The translations under genes and the position numbers were made by a program. The notes under the pieces are model-generated. The model did no database searches and had not been told where the DNA came from. It saw only the letters and a program-made list of their open reading frames with translations. This document shows, one piece after another, positions 26,806-40,300 of a stretch of DNA of 64,000 bases. The number at the start of each line of letters is the position of its first letter. Positions within the stretch are counted from its first letter, which is position 1. Location of the stretch: contig MU053810.1 in the NCBI GenBank assembly GCA_013239625.1, positions 4,124,071 through 4,188,070 of the forward strand, given 5' to 3'. Source of the DNA: Lama guanicoe. Taxonomy: Eukaryota.

Positions 26806-27514
26806 AGGTAAGATTAGGTCCCTGGTGGAACAACCCAGATAATTATGGAGGACACATGTGAGATGCCCTTTGAAGCCTCCTGGAAATAGGCAAGAGAACT
26901 TTGCAAAGGTGTCATAAGTCAGCATGCATTATCCAACAGACTTCAACTGCTCCTGCTCAAGATGGAGTAATAGGCATTTTTTCCTGGAAGACACAGACAC
27001 AACTGAAAAAACCCCCTAGAACTAATATATTAAACAATGTTTTTTAAGACACTGAATATCAGTTAATGAAGAAATGTTTTCCCTGAGAAGTGCGAAACAA
27101 ATGATGTGAGCACTGTACGTGATGTCGTTGGAGTCTGGGGGTGGTGCCTTTGGAATATTCTGCAGGGTACTGATAAACACATGCATATGAGAAAACTCCT
27201 GAAGGCAGGAGAAAGAACAACTTAAAAAGATTAGAGTGAACATACTTGGTGTTCACATGGGGTCTACATCAGTGCCTGTTGCCATCAGCCAAAATGAAAA
27301 GACTCATAATCCTGGGAACATTGGGTAGAACACTCAGAAAGATCTTGCCTAAGAAGTGGGGAATAATTAGACTTGGCACTACTCTGCCTAACAAATCAGA
27401 AAAGCCAGATCCAAACAAATCAGTTTTATAATAACTTAACTGCATCCAAGAACAAAGGTTAAGAAGATTTATAGGAATACAAAAAAATCCAGCACACAAC
27501 AAGGTAAAAGTCTT

Positions 27515-27673
27515 TTTTAAAATTGAAGTATAGTCAGTTTACAATGTTGTGTCAGTTTCTGGTATACAGCATAATGTTTCAGCCATACGTGTACATACAT
27601 ATATTCTTTTTCATATTCTTCTTCATTATAGTTTACTACAAGGTATTGAATATATTTCCCTGTGCTACACAAT
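27515..27673 (-). mobile_element. Short 5'-truncated L1 3' end
   Basis: 'ttgaagtatagtcagtttacaatgttgtgtcagtttctgg...atatatttccctgtgcta' is an L1 3' terminus. Imperfect TSD acaaggtaaaagtctt (27499-27514) / acaaggcaaaattctt (27674-27689), followed by AA (TCTT/AA endonuclease site). Confidence 0.8.
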
Positions 27674-28774
27674 ACAAGGCAAAATTCTTAATGCTTGCCA
27701 CTCAATCAAAAATTATCAGGCATGCAAAGAAAATATGCTCATAATGCAGACAGAAACTAAATCAGTCAAAGTGGACTCAGAACTGAAACAGATGCTAGAA
27801 TTAGCAGACAAGGACATTAAGACAGTTATTATAACTGTATTCCAGATGTTCAGAAAGCTAGAGGAAACACTGACCAAGTAGAAACATGCTATAAATAAAA
27901 AAAGCTCAAATCACATTTCTAAAGATAACTAAAATCTCAGATGAAAAAATTCACTGATAGGATTATTGGCAGATGAAACATTGCAGAAGAAATGATTATT
28001 AAACTTGATGACATACCAATAGAAAATATGCAAAGTGAAAAAGAGACCGAAAAAAGAAAAAAAAACAAGAACAAACAAACAAGAGAATTACTGAGATGTG
28101 GGGCCACTTCAGTGGCCTATTGTGTGTGAACTTGAAGTCTACAGAAGAAAGTACAGAGAGGTTGAGACAAAAATATTTAAAGAAATAATGATTTTTTTTC
28201 AAATCTAAACATGTATATATCCAAAATGATCAGTGAACCCCAAGCAAAACAAAAAACAAAAAACCAAACCAAACCAAAAGAACTATGAAGAAAACTACAT
28301 CAAGGCACATCATCATTAAATTCTCAAAACTGTGATCGAGAGAAATTCTCAAAGGGAGCCAGAGGAAAAAGGACATTAAGTAGAGGGGAACAGTGATAAC
28401 AATTACAGCAGATTTTTCAATAGAAACAATACAGATGAGATGCCATGGAGCAATATTTTGAAAGTAGTGGAAGAAAACTCGTCAGTGAGAATTCTATACT
28501 CAGTGATAATAACTTGTAAATACAAACATGAAATAAGGACTTTTTCCAGACATACAAATGCTGAAAGAACTCATCACCAACGGAGACACACTACAAGAAA
28601 TGTTCAAGGAAGTCCTTTGAACAGAATGAAAATATCAGATGGAAATACGGATGCACACGAAGGAATGAAGAGCACTGGAAATAGTAACTATGTGTGTAAA
28701 TATAAAAGGCCTCTTTCTTGTTTACTTAAATCTCTGTAAAGGATAGTTGACCATATAAAGAAAAAAAACAATAA

Positions 28775-30461
28775 CAACGTGGCTCCCTCCCCACCTCCCA
28801 GGTCTGCCAGTCGCCACCATGTCTGCCTCGACTGTCTTCATCCTCAACGACAAGGGCAAGCCCCTGATCAGCCGCAACTACAAGGGCGGTGGGGCCATTA
28901 GCGAGATCGAACACTTCATGCCTCTGCTCATGCACCAGGAGGAGGAGGGTGCCCTGACCCCGCTGCTGAGCCATGGCCGGGTCCACTTCCTGTGGATCAA
29001 ATACAGCAACCTCTGCTTGGTGGCCACCCACTGAAGAACGCCAGTGCCTCCCTCATGTACTCCTTCTTCTACAAGACAGTGGAGGTATTCTCTGAATACT
29101 TCAAGAAGCTAGAGGAGGAGAGCAGCCGAGACAACTTTGTCATCATCTACGAACTGCTGGATGAGCTCATGGACTTCGGCTTCCCGCAGACCACCGACAG
29201 CAAGATCCTGCAGGAGTACATCATGCAGCAGGGCAACAAACTGGAGGTGGGCAAGTTGCGGGTGCTGCCCACCATCACCAGTGCTGTGTCCTGGTGCTCT
29301 GAGGGCATCAAGTACAAGAAGAACGAGGTCTTCATTGATGTCATAGAGTTGGTCAATCTGTTGGTCAATGCCAATGGCAGTGTCCTGCTGAGCGAGATCA
29401 TGGGCACCATCAAGCTCAAAGTGTTTCTGTCAGGAATGCCCGAGCTGCAGCTGGGCCTCAACGACCATGTGCTCTTCGAGTTCACTGGCCAGAGCAAGAA
29501 CAAGTCCGTGGAACTGGAGGATGTGAAATTCCACCAGTGTGTGTGGCTCTCCCGCTTCAGCAATGACTGAACAATCTCCTTCATCCCGCCTGACGGCGAC
29601 TTTGAGCTCATGTCCTACCACCTCAGCACCCAGGTCAAGCCACTGATCTGGATTGAATCTGTCATTGAGAAATTCTCCCACAGCCGCATGGAGATCATGG
29701 TCAAGGCCACGGGGCAATTTAAGAAGCAGTCGGTGGCCAACAGTGTGGAGATATCTGTGCCTGTACCCAGTGATGCTGACTCCCCACGCTCCAAGATCAG
29801 CGTGGGCAGTGCCAAGTATGTGCTGGAAAAGAATGTCATTATTTGGAGTATCAAGTCTTCCCCGGAGGGCAAGGAGTACCTGATGCGAGCCCACTTTGGC
29901 CTCCCCAGCGTGGAGAAGGAGGAGGTAGAGGGCCGGAACCCCATCGGGGTCAAGTTTGAGGTTCCCTATTTCACTGTCTCTGGGATCCAGGTCTGATACA
30001 TGAAGATCATCAAGACGAGTGGTTACCAGGCCCTGCCATGGGTCCACTATATCACTCAGAGTGGTGATTATCAACTTTGTACCAGCTAGAAGGAAGAAGA
30101 GGTGGGAGCTTGAACCCGGGCTGTCCTCTCCCCAGGTCCCCACTGCAGACTCTAGAGAGGGATGGAAGATGGGGTGCGTGTGTGTGAGGGTAGACCCTGA
30201 GTTAGCAGTGTCTTGCTCCCTGAGTTTTTCCTTTACCCATAGGCTGGGAAGAATGTTTTCCAGGCTCCCGCCCTTCCCCTCCTCCTCCAATTTTATATGA
30301 AGAAATAGAAGAGGGGCTTGAAGTCCCCCTCATGAGTGCCTTCGTGCAGTGACCTGCCTTAGGAGGTATGGAGTGGGTCCCTCCTCCTCCACAGCTGCTG
30401 AACCCAGAGGCCCCGCTGGCCCATTCTGTTTTAGGATGACATTAAAAAGATAAATCTTGAA
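28775..30461 (+). pseudogene. AP1M2: Full-length processed pseudogene of AP-1 complex subunit mu-2 (mu1B)
   Basis: Kozak gccaccATG at 28819 (MSASTVFILNDKGKPLISRNYKG...) to 'QSGDYQLCTS' TAG at 30087-30089, 1271 nt, intronless. One-nt frameshift near 29030; CGA>TGA stops at 29568-29570 and 29994-29996. mu1B-type segments (GALTPLLSHG, EKFSHSR, SVEKEEVEGR). ATTAAA at 30441; TSD aaaaaaaacaataa at 28761-28774 and 30462-30475. Confidence 0.96.
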
Positions 30462-33400
30462 AAAAAAAACAATAAAAATGTGTTGTACAGTTTAAAACAT
30501 ATGTAAAAATAAAATGGATGCCAACAGTATCACAAAAGACAGGATGGTAGAATGGAAGTTGGAATGTTCTTTTACCATATGTGACATGATATAATATCAA
30601 AAGTTAAAGATGAGTTGAAGATGTATACTAAAGATAAGTTAAAGATATTTAGATGGTTCTAAAAACTCTAAGGCCACTGCTAAAATAACAAGACAAAGTT
30701 ATGTCTAACAAGTCAACAAAGGAGATAAAATGGAACTATAACAGTTTTTCATTAATTCAAAGGAATGTAGGAAATGAAGAATGGCAAACAAGAAGATGAG
30801 CAAATAGCAAGATGATAAATTTAAACCTAAACATATACTTAATCACATAAAATTAAAGGATTTAAACACTCGAAATGAAAGACAGAGACTTTCAGACTGG
30901 CTAAAAAAAGCAAGACTCGACCACAGGCTGCCTACAAGAAACCAGCACAAACAGATTAAAGAAAAAAGATGGAAAAGGATAAATACCATGCTAATACTAA
31001 TCTAAGGAGAGCTGGAGTGAATATATTAATAACAAAGTTGACTTTGGGACAAAGAATATTATATTGCATCAATGCAGTTATTTCATAATGATAGAGACTT
31101 CAATTCATTGAGACTAGAAAACAACCATAAATGTTTTTAATAAAAGAGCTTCAAAATACACGAAGCAAAAAAATGAATAGAACTGCATGGAGAAACAGAC
31201 AAATCCACAAACATAATGGAATTGATAGAAGAAGTGGGGAAAGTATCTGTAAGCGTTTAGATGATTTGAATAACGCTATAAATAAATCAATTTGACCTAA
31301 TTGATATTTATTAAACAGTGAATGACGATTCAATAGCAGCAGAATACACATCCCTTTCAAAGGTGCATGAACTATTTCACCAAGAGGGATTGTGTCTGGA
31401 GCCATAAAAAGTCTCAATAGATCTGTGATCACAATGGAATTAAATTAGAAATCTGTAACAGAAAGCTCTCTGGAAAATTTCTGAATATTCAGAAACTAAA
31501 TAACACACTTCTAGATAACCCATGAGTCAATTAAGAGATCAAAAAGGAATTGGAAAGTGTTTTACACTGAATGAAATTACAGACAAAATATCAAAATATA
31601 CGAGATGCCATTAAATCAGTAATTAGATAATTAGAGGGAGATTTAGAACACTAAATGTCAATATTACTAGACAGTAAAAAGTCTCAAATCAGTGACCTCA
31701 GTTTCCACCTTAAGAAATGAAAGAGTAGAGGAAATTAAACCCAAAGTAAACAGAAGATTGGACGTAATCGAAGATTAAAATGAAAAATGAAAAACAATAG
31801 AAAAAAGCAGTGACATTAAAAGTTGATTCTTTGAGAAGACAGATAAAACTGACAACCCTCATATCAGAAAAAGATGAGACACAAATGACCAATTTCAGAA
31901 ATAAAAGAGGTGACATAACTGCAGATTCTACAGATAATAAGTGGATAATTAGGAAATAGAATGAACAACTTTATTCCAATATATTTGACAACATCAAGAA
32001 AATGAACAAATCTTTTGAAAGACATGAACCACTAAAGCTTACTCAAGAAGAGGTAGATAATTTGTATAGCCCTGTATCTGTCAAAGTAATGGAACGTACA
32101 GTTAAAAGTCTCCCTAAAACATATTTCCATTTTCATTGGTAAACTTTGCAAAACAATTAAGGGAGAAATAAAAACAATTCTATATGAATTCTTCCGGAAT
32201 ACTGAAGCATAGGGCATACTTCCCAGCTCATTCTGTGTGGGTTAAATACTATCTGTATGCCAAAATCAGACAGATACATCACAGGAAAGAAAAATACAGA
32301 GCAATATCCTTGGTAGGCATAGATGTAAAATTCAACCAAATGAGAAATCAAATCTAACAATGTGTATTAAAGAAAGATAATATATTATGACCAAGTGAGG
32401 CTTATCCCAGGAATGTAGAATTGGTTTAACATTTGAAAATCTATCAAAATAATTAATCATATTAACAACTGAAAAAGAGAACTCATGTGGATACCTCAAT
32501 ATACACACAGAAAAAAATCTGATAAAATTCCATTCCTGATTAAAATTTTTTTTCTCAATGTGATAAAGGTTTTATATAAAAATTCTATGGCTGACTTCAC
32601 ACTGATGGTAAAGGACTGAGTACTTTCCTCCCAAGATAAGAAACAAAGCAAGGATGTCGACTTTCACCACTTCTATTCATCACTGCATGGACTTTTCTAG
32701 CCGGCACAGCCAGACAAGGAAAAGAAATAAAAGGCATCAAGATCATAAAGGAAGAAGTAAAACTTTTTACTCACACACGATGTGACCACCTATGGAGAAA
32801 AATCTGATGGAAATGTATAAAAATGTTGCTAGAACTAAAAACTGAATTTAGAAAAGTTACTGGATACAACATCAACATACAAAAGTCAATGTGTTTCTAT
32901 ATATCAGCAGCGAACTGTCAGAAATTGAAAAAGAAAAAAGTGTCATTTACATCAGCACCAAAATGATGAAATATTTGGCATAAATCTGACAATGTGCAAA
33001 ACTTACACACTGAAAGCTACAATCCATGCTGAGAGAAATCGTAAGAGATCTAAATAAAAGGAGAGATATACTGTGCTCATGGGTTGGAAGACTTAAAATT
33101 GTTAAAATATCAGTTCTCTCCAAATTGATCTATAGGTTCAACATAATTCCAATGTAGAAAAACAAGCTGAGGGCTAACCTTTTATTAAAGCTTCTAAACT
33201 GCAGCCTAGAATTGGCTTTAGAAGAAATTATGGTCACGGTTGCCACTGCATTAGATACACTGGGCTTTGCAAGGCTGCCAGTAACTCAACTTGGCTTCAA
33301 CTGCTCCTGCTGCCAAAACTGATTCCACTTGTGAAGACTTTGCCTTGAAGTCACAGCTTCTGCTAAAAGCTGAAACCCTTCTCCACCTCTTTCCCCAGTA

Positions 33401-33554
33401 CAATGCGTTCTTCATATGGAGCTCATTTCTCCTGTGGCTCACTTCTGAACTGAAGTCTCCTGTGGGTGTAACAGATTCCTGGTGCCAAGTTACCTGCCTG
33501 TGCTCAGCTACAAAGGACCTCTAGCCACATTGAGCAAGTGAGACATCCATGTTC

Positions 33555-33642
33555 TTTTTTTTTCAGTGGCATTACAGAGGATAGAACCCAGGACCTCGTG
33601 CATGCTAAGTATGCACTCTACCACTGAGCTCTACCCACCTCC
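33555..33642 (-). mobile_element. tRNA-Ala-derived SINE (vic-1-like)
   Basis: Reverse complement reads ggaggtgggtagagctcagtggtagagtgcatacttagcatgcacgaggtcctgggttctatcc plus A-tail. Flanking direct repeat gacatcca at 33542-33549 and 33644-33651. Confidence 0.82.
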
Positions 33643-36569
33643 TGACATCCACTGTTTTAATCTTGAAAAGGTGGAACTTACAAAGTGGAACATTTCCCCA
33701 AATTAGAAGGGTTTTCAAAAGCGTTGGGCAGCCAGAAACATATGCCCCATTTTTAGGCCAAATACTAAAAATAATCAACATAAAATAATTGCACTTCAGC
33801 TGTATTTTAAAAGAAACTCCCTAAATTAGATGTGTAAGAATCCTTTTGTTAGTTCTCAAGACAAGAAAGGCCTGTGTTTTTGTGTAGGATGTACATCTAT
33901 CTCCACATCCCTCTGATCCACTTTAGTTTCAAAAACTGTGCAGGTGGCATTCAGGAAGACAAAATACAAAAACAAAAAATAGCTTAAGGGATGCAGAAAG
34001 TCTCCATCAAAAGTTTGAGAAGAAATGACCTATTTCCCTTGGCCCCATCTGCATTGCCTCCTAGGGAGTCACAAAGAAAATGGAGAAAGGGGGCCACGTG
34101 TGATTAGCATGTGAGCAGTCACGGACCACCTCCTTGGACGTGTTTCAAGAAGAATTAGTGCCTGGGTCTTGGGGCTTTTCCCTCACCTCATTTCCCATTG
34201 TTGTTTTTAAAAGATTCAGAAGTTCCAGGAAAAAAAAAATCTAGTCATTGTTAACATTGCTGTTTATAGTTTAGGGCATTCCTGGTGTTTGGGGGGACAA
34301 GTTGGTGAGTAAGTTTTGAAAGCATAGTACCTTTCTTCATAGATGTCTTGGATTTTTTAAAAAATAACTTTTTCTATAGCTTTACATGGATATAGTCTAA
34401 AAATATGTAATCTGTTTCTCCAGGCCACCACCAGAGCAGAAAGTTAATAGACATACACACACACACACACACACATATACATGAATAGGTACACACACAT
34501 ACAGTATTTTTAGACTTCCTCCCCCACCCACACCCCACTGCAGGCCTTGAACCCTCCACCTAAAGACTTTCCTCACACCCTCCCGAGGAGTCCAGCTTCA
34601 GACCAAAAGCCTCTACAGGACTGCTCAGGGCTGAGAACAGGCATTACCAAGGCTTTGCCTGGCTGGCCCCATGGCAGGAGTCTGTCCCCATCACACCAGC
34701 CTTGGTGCACAGCCACCACATTGCAGTTTTCCAGAGGGAGTTGCAGTCATGACTCAGGACCCCCAGGTCAGCCACCCTCACCTGCACGTCTGCCTTCCTG
34801 TCGCCCAGGCACCTCCATTCAGAGGCCTCCTGATGGGGGCCTTGACTGAGCACTTTTCTCAACTCTGCATCAGTACTTTTCCATCCCTAATCCTTCCTCT
34901 CCTCCCTCTTTCCCATTCATGGGTCCATAAAAACGCAGGAGCATTTAGCTCAGGGATCCTCAGCAGTGAGGCTGTCTCCCTCCCTCCCCCCTTCTTCACT
35001 GATCCACCTGACCCCTGCCCAGTGCCACTCCGTTGGGGACAATGGAACACTGGGCAGCCATGCCACTTTTGGCCCCTTGCTTGCACTGTCACAGTAAATG
35101 AATAAAGGCTTGATTGTTTCTTTCAGCTTGTCTGTTGTCTGAATTGGTCACCTCCACCCCTGGTTGTCCAGCAGCCCCTGCCCCAAGACACCCCGATTAT
35201 TTCTGAGCCTCTGTGGGGTTCCTTCCGGAAAGCTACTCTCAGCTCCTTGGCAGAGCATGTGGCTTCCGTCTGGTCCTGGGAACTGAACAGTGGGGAAGTG
35301 GCCTCTGCTCTCTTGTTGCTGTCAGCACAGGTGCGATCCCCAGTAATGTGCATCCCCAGCTGGCTGGCCATGCTGCCCCGGGGGCGGGGGGTACTGCTGG
35401 AGCTTTCTGTTGCTGACCGTCTCCACGATCTTGTCTATGTCTGCTGCATTTTCTGTGAAGGAAGATTCTCCTCCCCTGTGTGTATATCCCCCATCACTAA
35501 GGCTCATAGAAGGGCTGCTTTTGTTTGCTTAGGGACCTGGAGATGGTTTTCATCAATGGCTCATTCAGTTTTATTAGTATCTTTCTCTAGGACACAAGGT
35601 GATGGGAGTGAGAGGAACATCTGAGTGACAGACATTTACTGTTGTTCAAATTACCTTATTCCCTGTGACAGCCCAGCTTCCTCAAACCCCCCCTCTCTCT
35701 GAGAATGGGGCAAGTGTTTGTAAAAGTTCTTTCTCGGCTTCTGTGGCTGGCTCTGTTCTTCACTCACTCAACCACCATTCTGCCCCCAGAGTTGGAGAGG
35801 CTGGAAAGCGAGCTTCATTTCCCACGTTCTTTGACCTTAGGTTCAGGATTCAAGGGTTCACTTACGACAGACACTTACACAAGATGTAGATGGCAGAAGT
35901 GAGGCAGAGCCATCTTCCTCTCCGCTACAGCTGTTTCTGCTGGGAGAGAAGGTCACAGAAGTGAAAAATTCCCTGCATTTGGCAGTCTCCTCCTTTCTGA
36001 ATGTCCAGAAACGGCTAAAGCAGCGCAGAGGAAGTGAAGCGTATTTTGAACGCGTAGCTCCAGGGGCAGCCTCAGAGGTCATGGCTGGCTTGAGGATTCA
36101 GTTTTGTATTTTCTACATGGCATTTCTGGAGTCTCAAGTCTCCAGTGAATAGTTTTTCCTACAGATCTTCCAATGATTTTGTGAGTACCTAATTCTGGAC
36201 ATTGAAGCACTATTTTCTTAAAATATCCAGAGTAATTTCTGTTCCTTCTCCTGAACACTGACGGATGTATGCCTCTTGTCAACAGACCTCTGGGACACAA
36301 GCTTCAACTCAAGTTGGAACATTTCGTTTCTCACCTTAACCCTACCCATCCCTCACTGTATGAATATTTCTCCTTTGATATACAATTTTTTCCCACTGAG
36401 CACTGAGAAGCATGTATCTTCTATGGAGTTTTAACTAAGATATCTAGTTCCAAACTTCAGAAGTAGTCCCTAGAGAACAGATACTGTGTATTTCTCCTTT
36501 TAGCATTTTAATGGGACTGTCCTGGAGACATTATGACTTGCGTTTCTCATATGTCATGGTCTCTTCAAA

Positions 36570-37320
36570 AATTTTTTTAAAATTTTATTTATTTTTAATT
36601 TATTATTTTCAATTGTAGTATAGTTGATTTACAATGTTGTGTTAATTTTTGGTGTACAGCAAAGTATTTCTATTATATATATATCTTCCTTTTCAGATTC
36701 TTTTCCATTATAGATTATTGTAAGATAGAGAATATAGTTTCCTGTGCTATACAGTAGGACCTTGTCTTTTATATTGATTTTATGTATAACAGTGTGTATC
36801 TTGTAATACCAGACTCCTGGTTTATCCCCATTCCCTTTCCCCTTTGGTAACTGTAAGGTTTTTTTTCCTATGTCTGTGAGTCTACTTCTGCTTTGTAAAC
36901 AAGTTCATTTGTACCACTTTTCTAGATTCCACATATAAATGATATCATATGATATTTATCTTTTTCTGCCTGATTTACTTCACTTAGTATGATAATCTCT
37001 TGATCTAGCTATCTAGGTCATGTTGCTGCAAATGGCATTATTTCATTCTTTTTTATGGCTAAGTAGTATTCCACTGTGTGTGTGTATGTATGTGTGTATG
37101 TATGTGTGTATGTGTATATCCAGTCACCTGTTGATGGACATTTAGGTTGCTTCCATATCTTGGCTATTGTAAATAGTGCGGCTGTGAACATTGGGGTACA
37201 TGCATCTTTTCTAATTAGAGTTTTCATCTTTTCCAGATATATGCCCAGGAGTGGGATTTCTGGATCATATGGCAACTCTATTTTCAGTTTTTTAAGGACT
37301 CTCCATACTGTTCTTCCTAG
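36570..37320 (-). mobile_element. 5'-truncated L1 (ORF2 C-terminus + 3' UTR) with an internal (TG/TGTA)n repeat
   Basis: ORF 37018..37344 'VWRVLKKLKIELPYDPEIPLLGIY...[23 protein letters not shown]' is the L1 ORF2 C-terminus. Imperfect TSD tgtcatggtctctt (36552-36565) / tgccatggtctttt (37323-37336). Confidence 0.9.
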
Positions 37321-40300
37321 TTTGCCATGGTCTTTTACACACAAATCTGAAGACTAGGTCAGGCATCTTTTTTTTTAAGCAGTTGCAAATGAAGACATAT
37401 AAACCTAGTGATTATTATGGTGGACTGGACGATGTTTCAAGTGGTAACATCGTCCCAGGTCAACTCCATGTACTGTAAAAATCCCTGGGTTATTGCTCTG
37501 CTGGAGACAGCAGAAAGAGGCAGGATTGTTGAAGCACAGGTTCAGCGCCTTGGCCGTGTCTCGGCTCCGAGGCCAGCCAGCGGTTCTTTCTGGGAACTAC
37601 GCCTTGGGTATTTCTGCTGCAGTGTCAAAGGGATCTCTTACTGTATGGTGCTATATCCAATTAATTCAGAAGACTAAAAATACAGCTTGAGACGCTGGAA
37701 TTTGTGACTGCAGAAGTCTCTGGCCAAGGTTTCCGTCCTGGCACATTAAAATAACATTACCGCATCAGAAGAAAACCCCTGGGCAAAAAGCAAGGAAGGC
37801 AGGGAGCTCCCTCTTTTTAGGTAGTAAAATGGTGCAAGGTTTTCAATTTTATGTAGCACAGCTCTTTCAGCACGATATGTTTTCAACTGTCATAGGTATT
37901 TGGGGCATGTAACCTGGCCACTTAATGATTTAAACTGCAGTACCAGCTAAATTAAGTTTGTTGCAGGAAGGGATCAACAGTGCCACTTAATAAAAACCAG
38001 GAGGTATTTCTGAGTGTGTTTTCATCAATTTCTTTGCTATTTCCTCTGAGTTGGAAAATGAGAGACAGTTTGCTATTTTTACAACAAAGTCAAGGCTGAT
38101 TTTTGGATTGCTGTTTCACCAAGCAATGAAAGCTCAACCAGCTCACAGTGGTGGCCATTGGTAGTTACCAGTGGCTAATGCTTATATACATTCCCCAGGC
38201 CCTATGTTTCCTGCAATAAGTGAGTGGCAGTCTATAATTCCCATATTCTTTATTATGGGGCAAATTATACATTCCCATCTTCTTGTTCAATTTACTCCTT
38301 CTGGACATATCTTAACCATACTTAATGCTGGCTGCTTTTTGGGTGGAAAAGGCTGAAAAGAAGATGACTTTGAATAGTGTGCAACATGGATACAACTTAA
38401 GCATCACCCTGCCATTTCTGTATCCTAGAGGTGGGTGGAGAAAAGCCGCAGGTGCATCTCCCTGCCAGAATATATAGTAGCATATTTTTGGAAGATTGTA
38501 TAATGTAGTGCCCATTATACCATTGGTTTCATGAGGTAATTATGAAGCACTAAAGCAAATCAGCATACTAGACTGGTTGAATATGCTAACATTCTAATTT
38601 TGTATAGAGGGTGATTACGGTTATTATTATTTATGGAGTGCAGTAAGTGTACAAAATGCTTGATAAACACGCAGGCAGACAAGGGCTCTGCCCAGTGCTG
38701 TCTCCGTTCTAATTGCCCGACTTAGACAATGGAAATAATAAAAAAAAAGCTACTCTGTGCAAAAGTGGAAGGAGACCAGGCAGAAAATGAGGTTAACGAA
38801 ATAAGTGTTCCTGAAGGACCAAAGGATGAAAGCGTACATTCTTTTAGACGGAGGCTGAAGCTGCCCCTTACAGTTCAGGGGGAATCCAATCCTGTAACTA
38901 AATTCACTTACAAATACTTCCAGGAACATTTTAAGAAAGTTTAAGCAGTTTCTGTAAATTCAGCTCTCCCACACTTGCCAGGGTCTAGCTGTCTGGATTT
39001 CCTAGATCCCCGAGTACCACTCACAGAGACTTCACAAAGAAAGCAGGAAAATAAAAAAGGTACCAGATGGCAGGCTTTCTGAGGGCAGGGACCAAGTCTA
39101 ATAGGCATCTAACCTTCTAAATCCATTCTCTTGGCTAGGATTTTTCTGGCCTGGATGCCTGTGATAGGAATAATGAACATTTGTAACTAGCAGCATAGTT
39201 TACATATAAGCATATCCACATATAGAAGTGCCTTGTATACAAACACACCCTATAAAAAGTCTGCCCTTTGAGGAAGCCTTTCCTCAAATTTGAACTGAAA
39301 ACAATGACAAATTCTCTCTTCACTCTTGCTCTGTAGGTTTTATAATGTGGCGACAATGTTCCTTGATGCCAATATAGTCCATTTAGGATGAGTGCTCTGT
39401 AATTCATGAAAAAGCATCTCCAGGGAATGGCCTAAGTCCTATTTGAAAATCTATGGTGAAGTGTAATTACAATATATGAACACATGTATAAGTAAAATGT
39501 TGTCATTATTTTTTAATGTAATAACGCCAGCCCCAAAATCCAACTTTCACCACAAAATTATTGCTAATTTATAGTAGTACCTTAGAAGTCTTAACTATAA
39601 ATTAACATAATTAAATATCAACTACTTGTCTTGGCTGCAACAGTTTTGAAATTTGAATTTATCACTTTAGGACTTTAACTTCTCAAAAGAAATTAGACAT
39701 TTAGATTTTGTCTTTGGGGTTAACTACCAAGATTGGAGGGCACTACACAAGAAGTTCAAATACAAAGCCATTAATATATCATGAAGCATAAAATATTAAG
39801 AGCAAATCCAAATTTTGAGAGAAGTTTCAGGAAAATCCCCAGTGTCTTATACCAAATTTGCTATGTTCTAAAGACAATGTTTAACATTTTCGATACTGTT
39901 TTCTTTATCACGAGCTATTTTAGACTCTTTTTAAATGTCTCCCTAGAAAATGTATTACATAATTGAATAGATTTGTTAAAAATAATTTTGACCATAATCT
40001 ATAACTGATATGGATATGAAATATGTGTGTTAACTGGTTTTTAGGTAAGTCCCATGTGAAATAGTTTATATCCTTATTCTTGCCTTTTTTTTTTTTTTTG
40101 CAGAAAATGAGAAGTTGTATCAAGGAGCTTATTTTGCTCAGGGACAGCTTTTGGAAGGACAGAATTATGAGTGTCCAGAGTTTTGACAATATGTATTTGC
40201 TACGTGTTTGATTTAGAGATTTAAATGGTTACAGAGTGTATTATGAAAAGCCATTGCTATATTAAGATAGTGTACCCCCCCACCAGAACATCCCCACCCC

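Larger units (their letters stand above)
26920..33155 (+). mobile_element. Long degenerate L1 (5' UTR, ORF1, inter-ORF, ORF2) hosting the AP1M2 retrocopy and a short young L1 3' end
   Basis: ORF1-like 'LKQMLELADKDIKTVIITVFQMFRKLEE'. ORF2-like 'ggctgcctacaagaaacc', 'gaccaagtgaggcttatcccaggaatg', 'caaggatgtcgactttcaccacttctattc' and 'tgctcatgggttggaagacttaaaattgttaaaat'. The L1 sequence is continuous across the AP1M2 insertion. Confidence 0.75.

Noticed and set aside
29147..30290. 154 aa and 286 aa minus-strand ORFs
   Set aside because: Antisense shadow frames of the AP1M2 coding sequence.
37541..37561. REST/RE1-like motif ttcagcgccttggccgtgtc
   Set aside because: The right half lacks the GGACAG core; too many mismatches to call.
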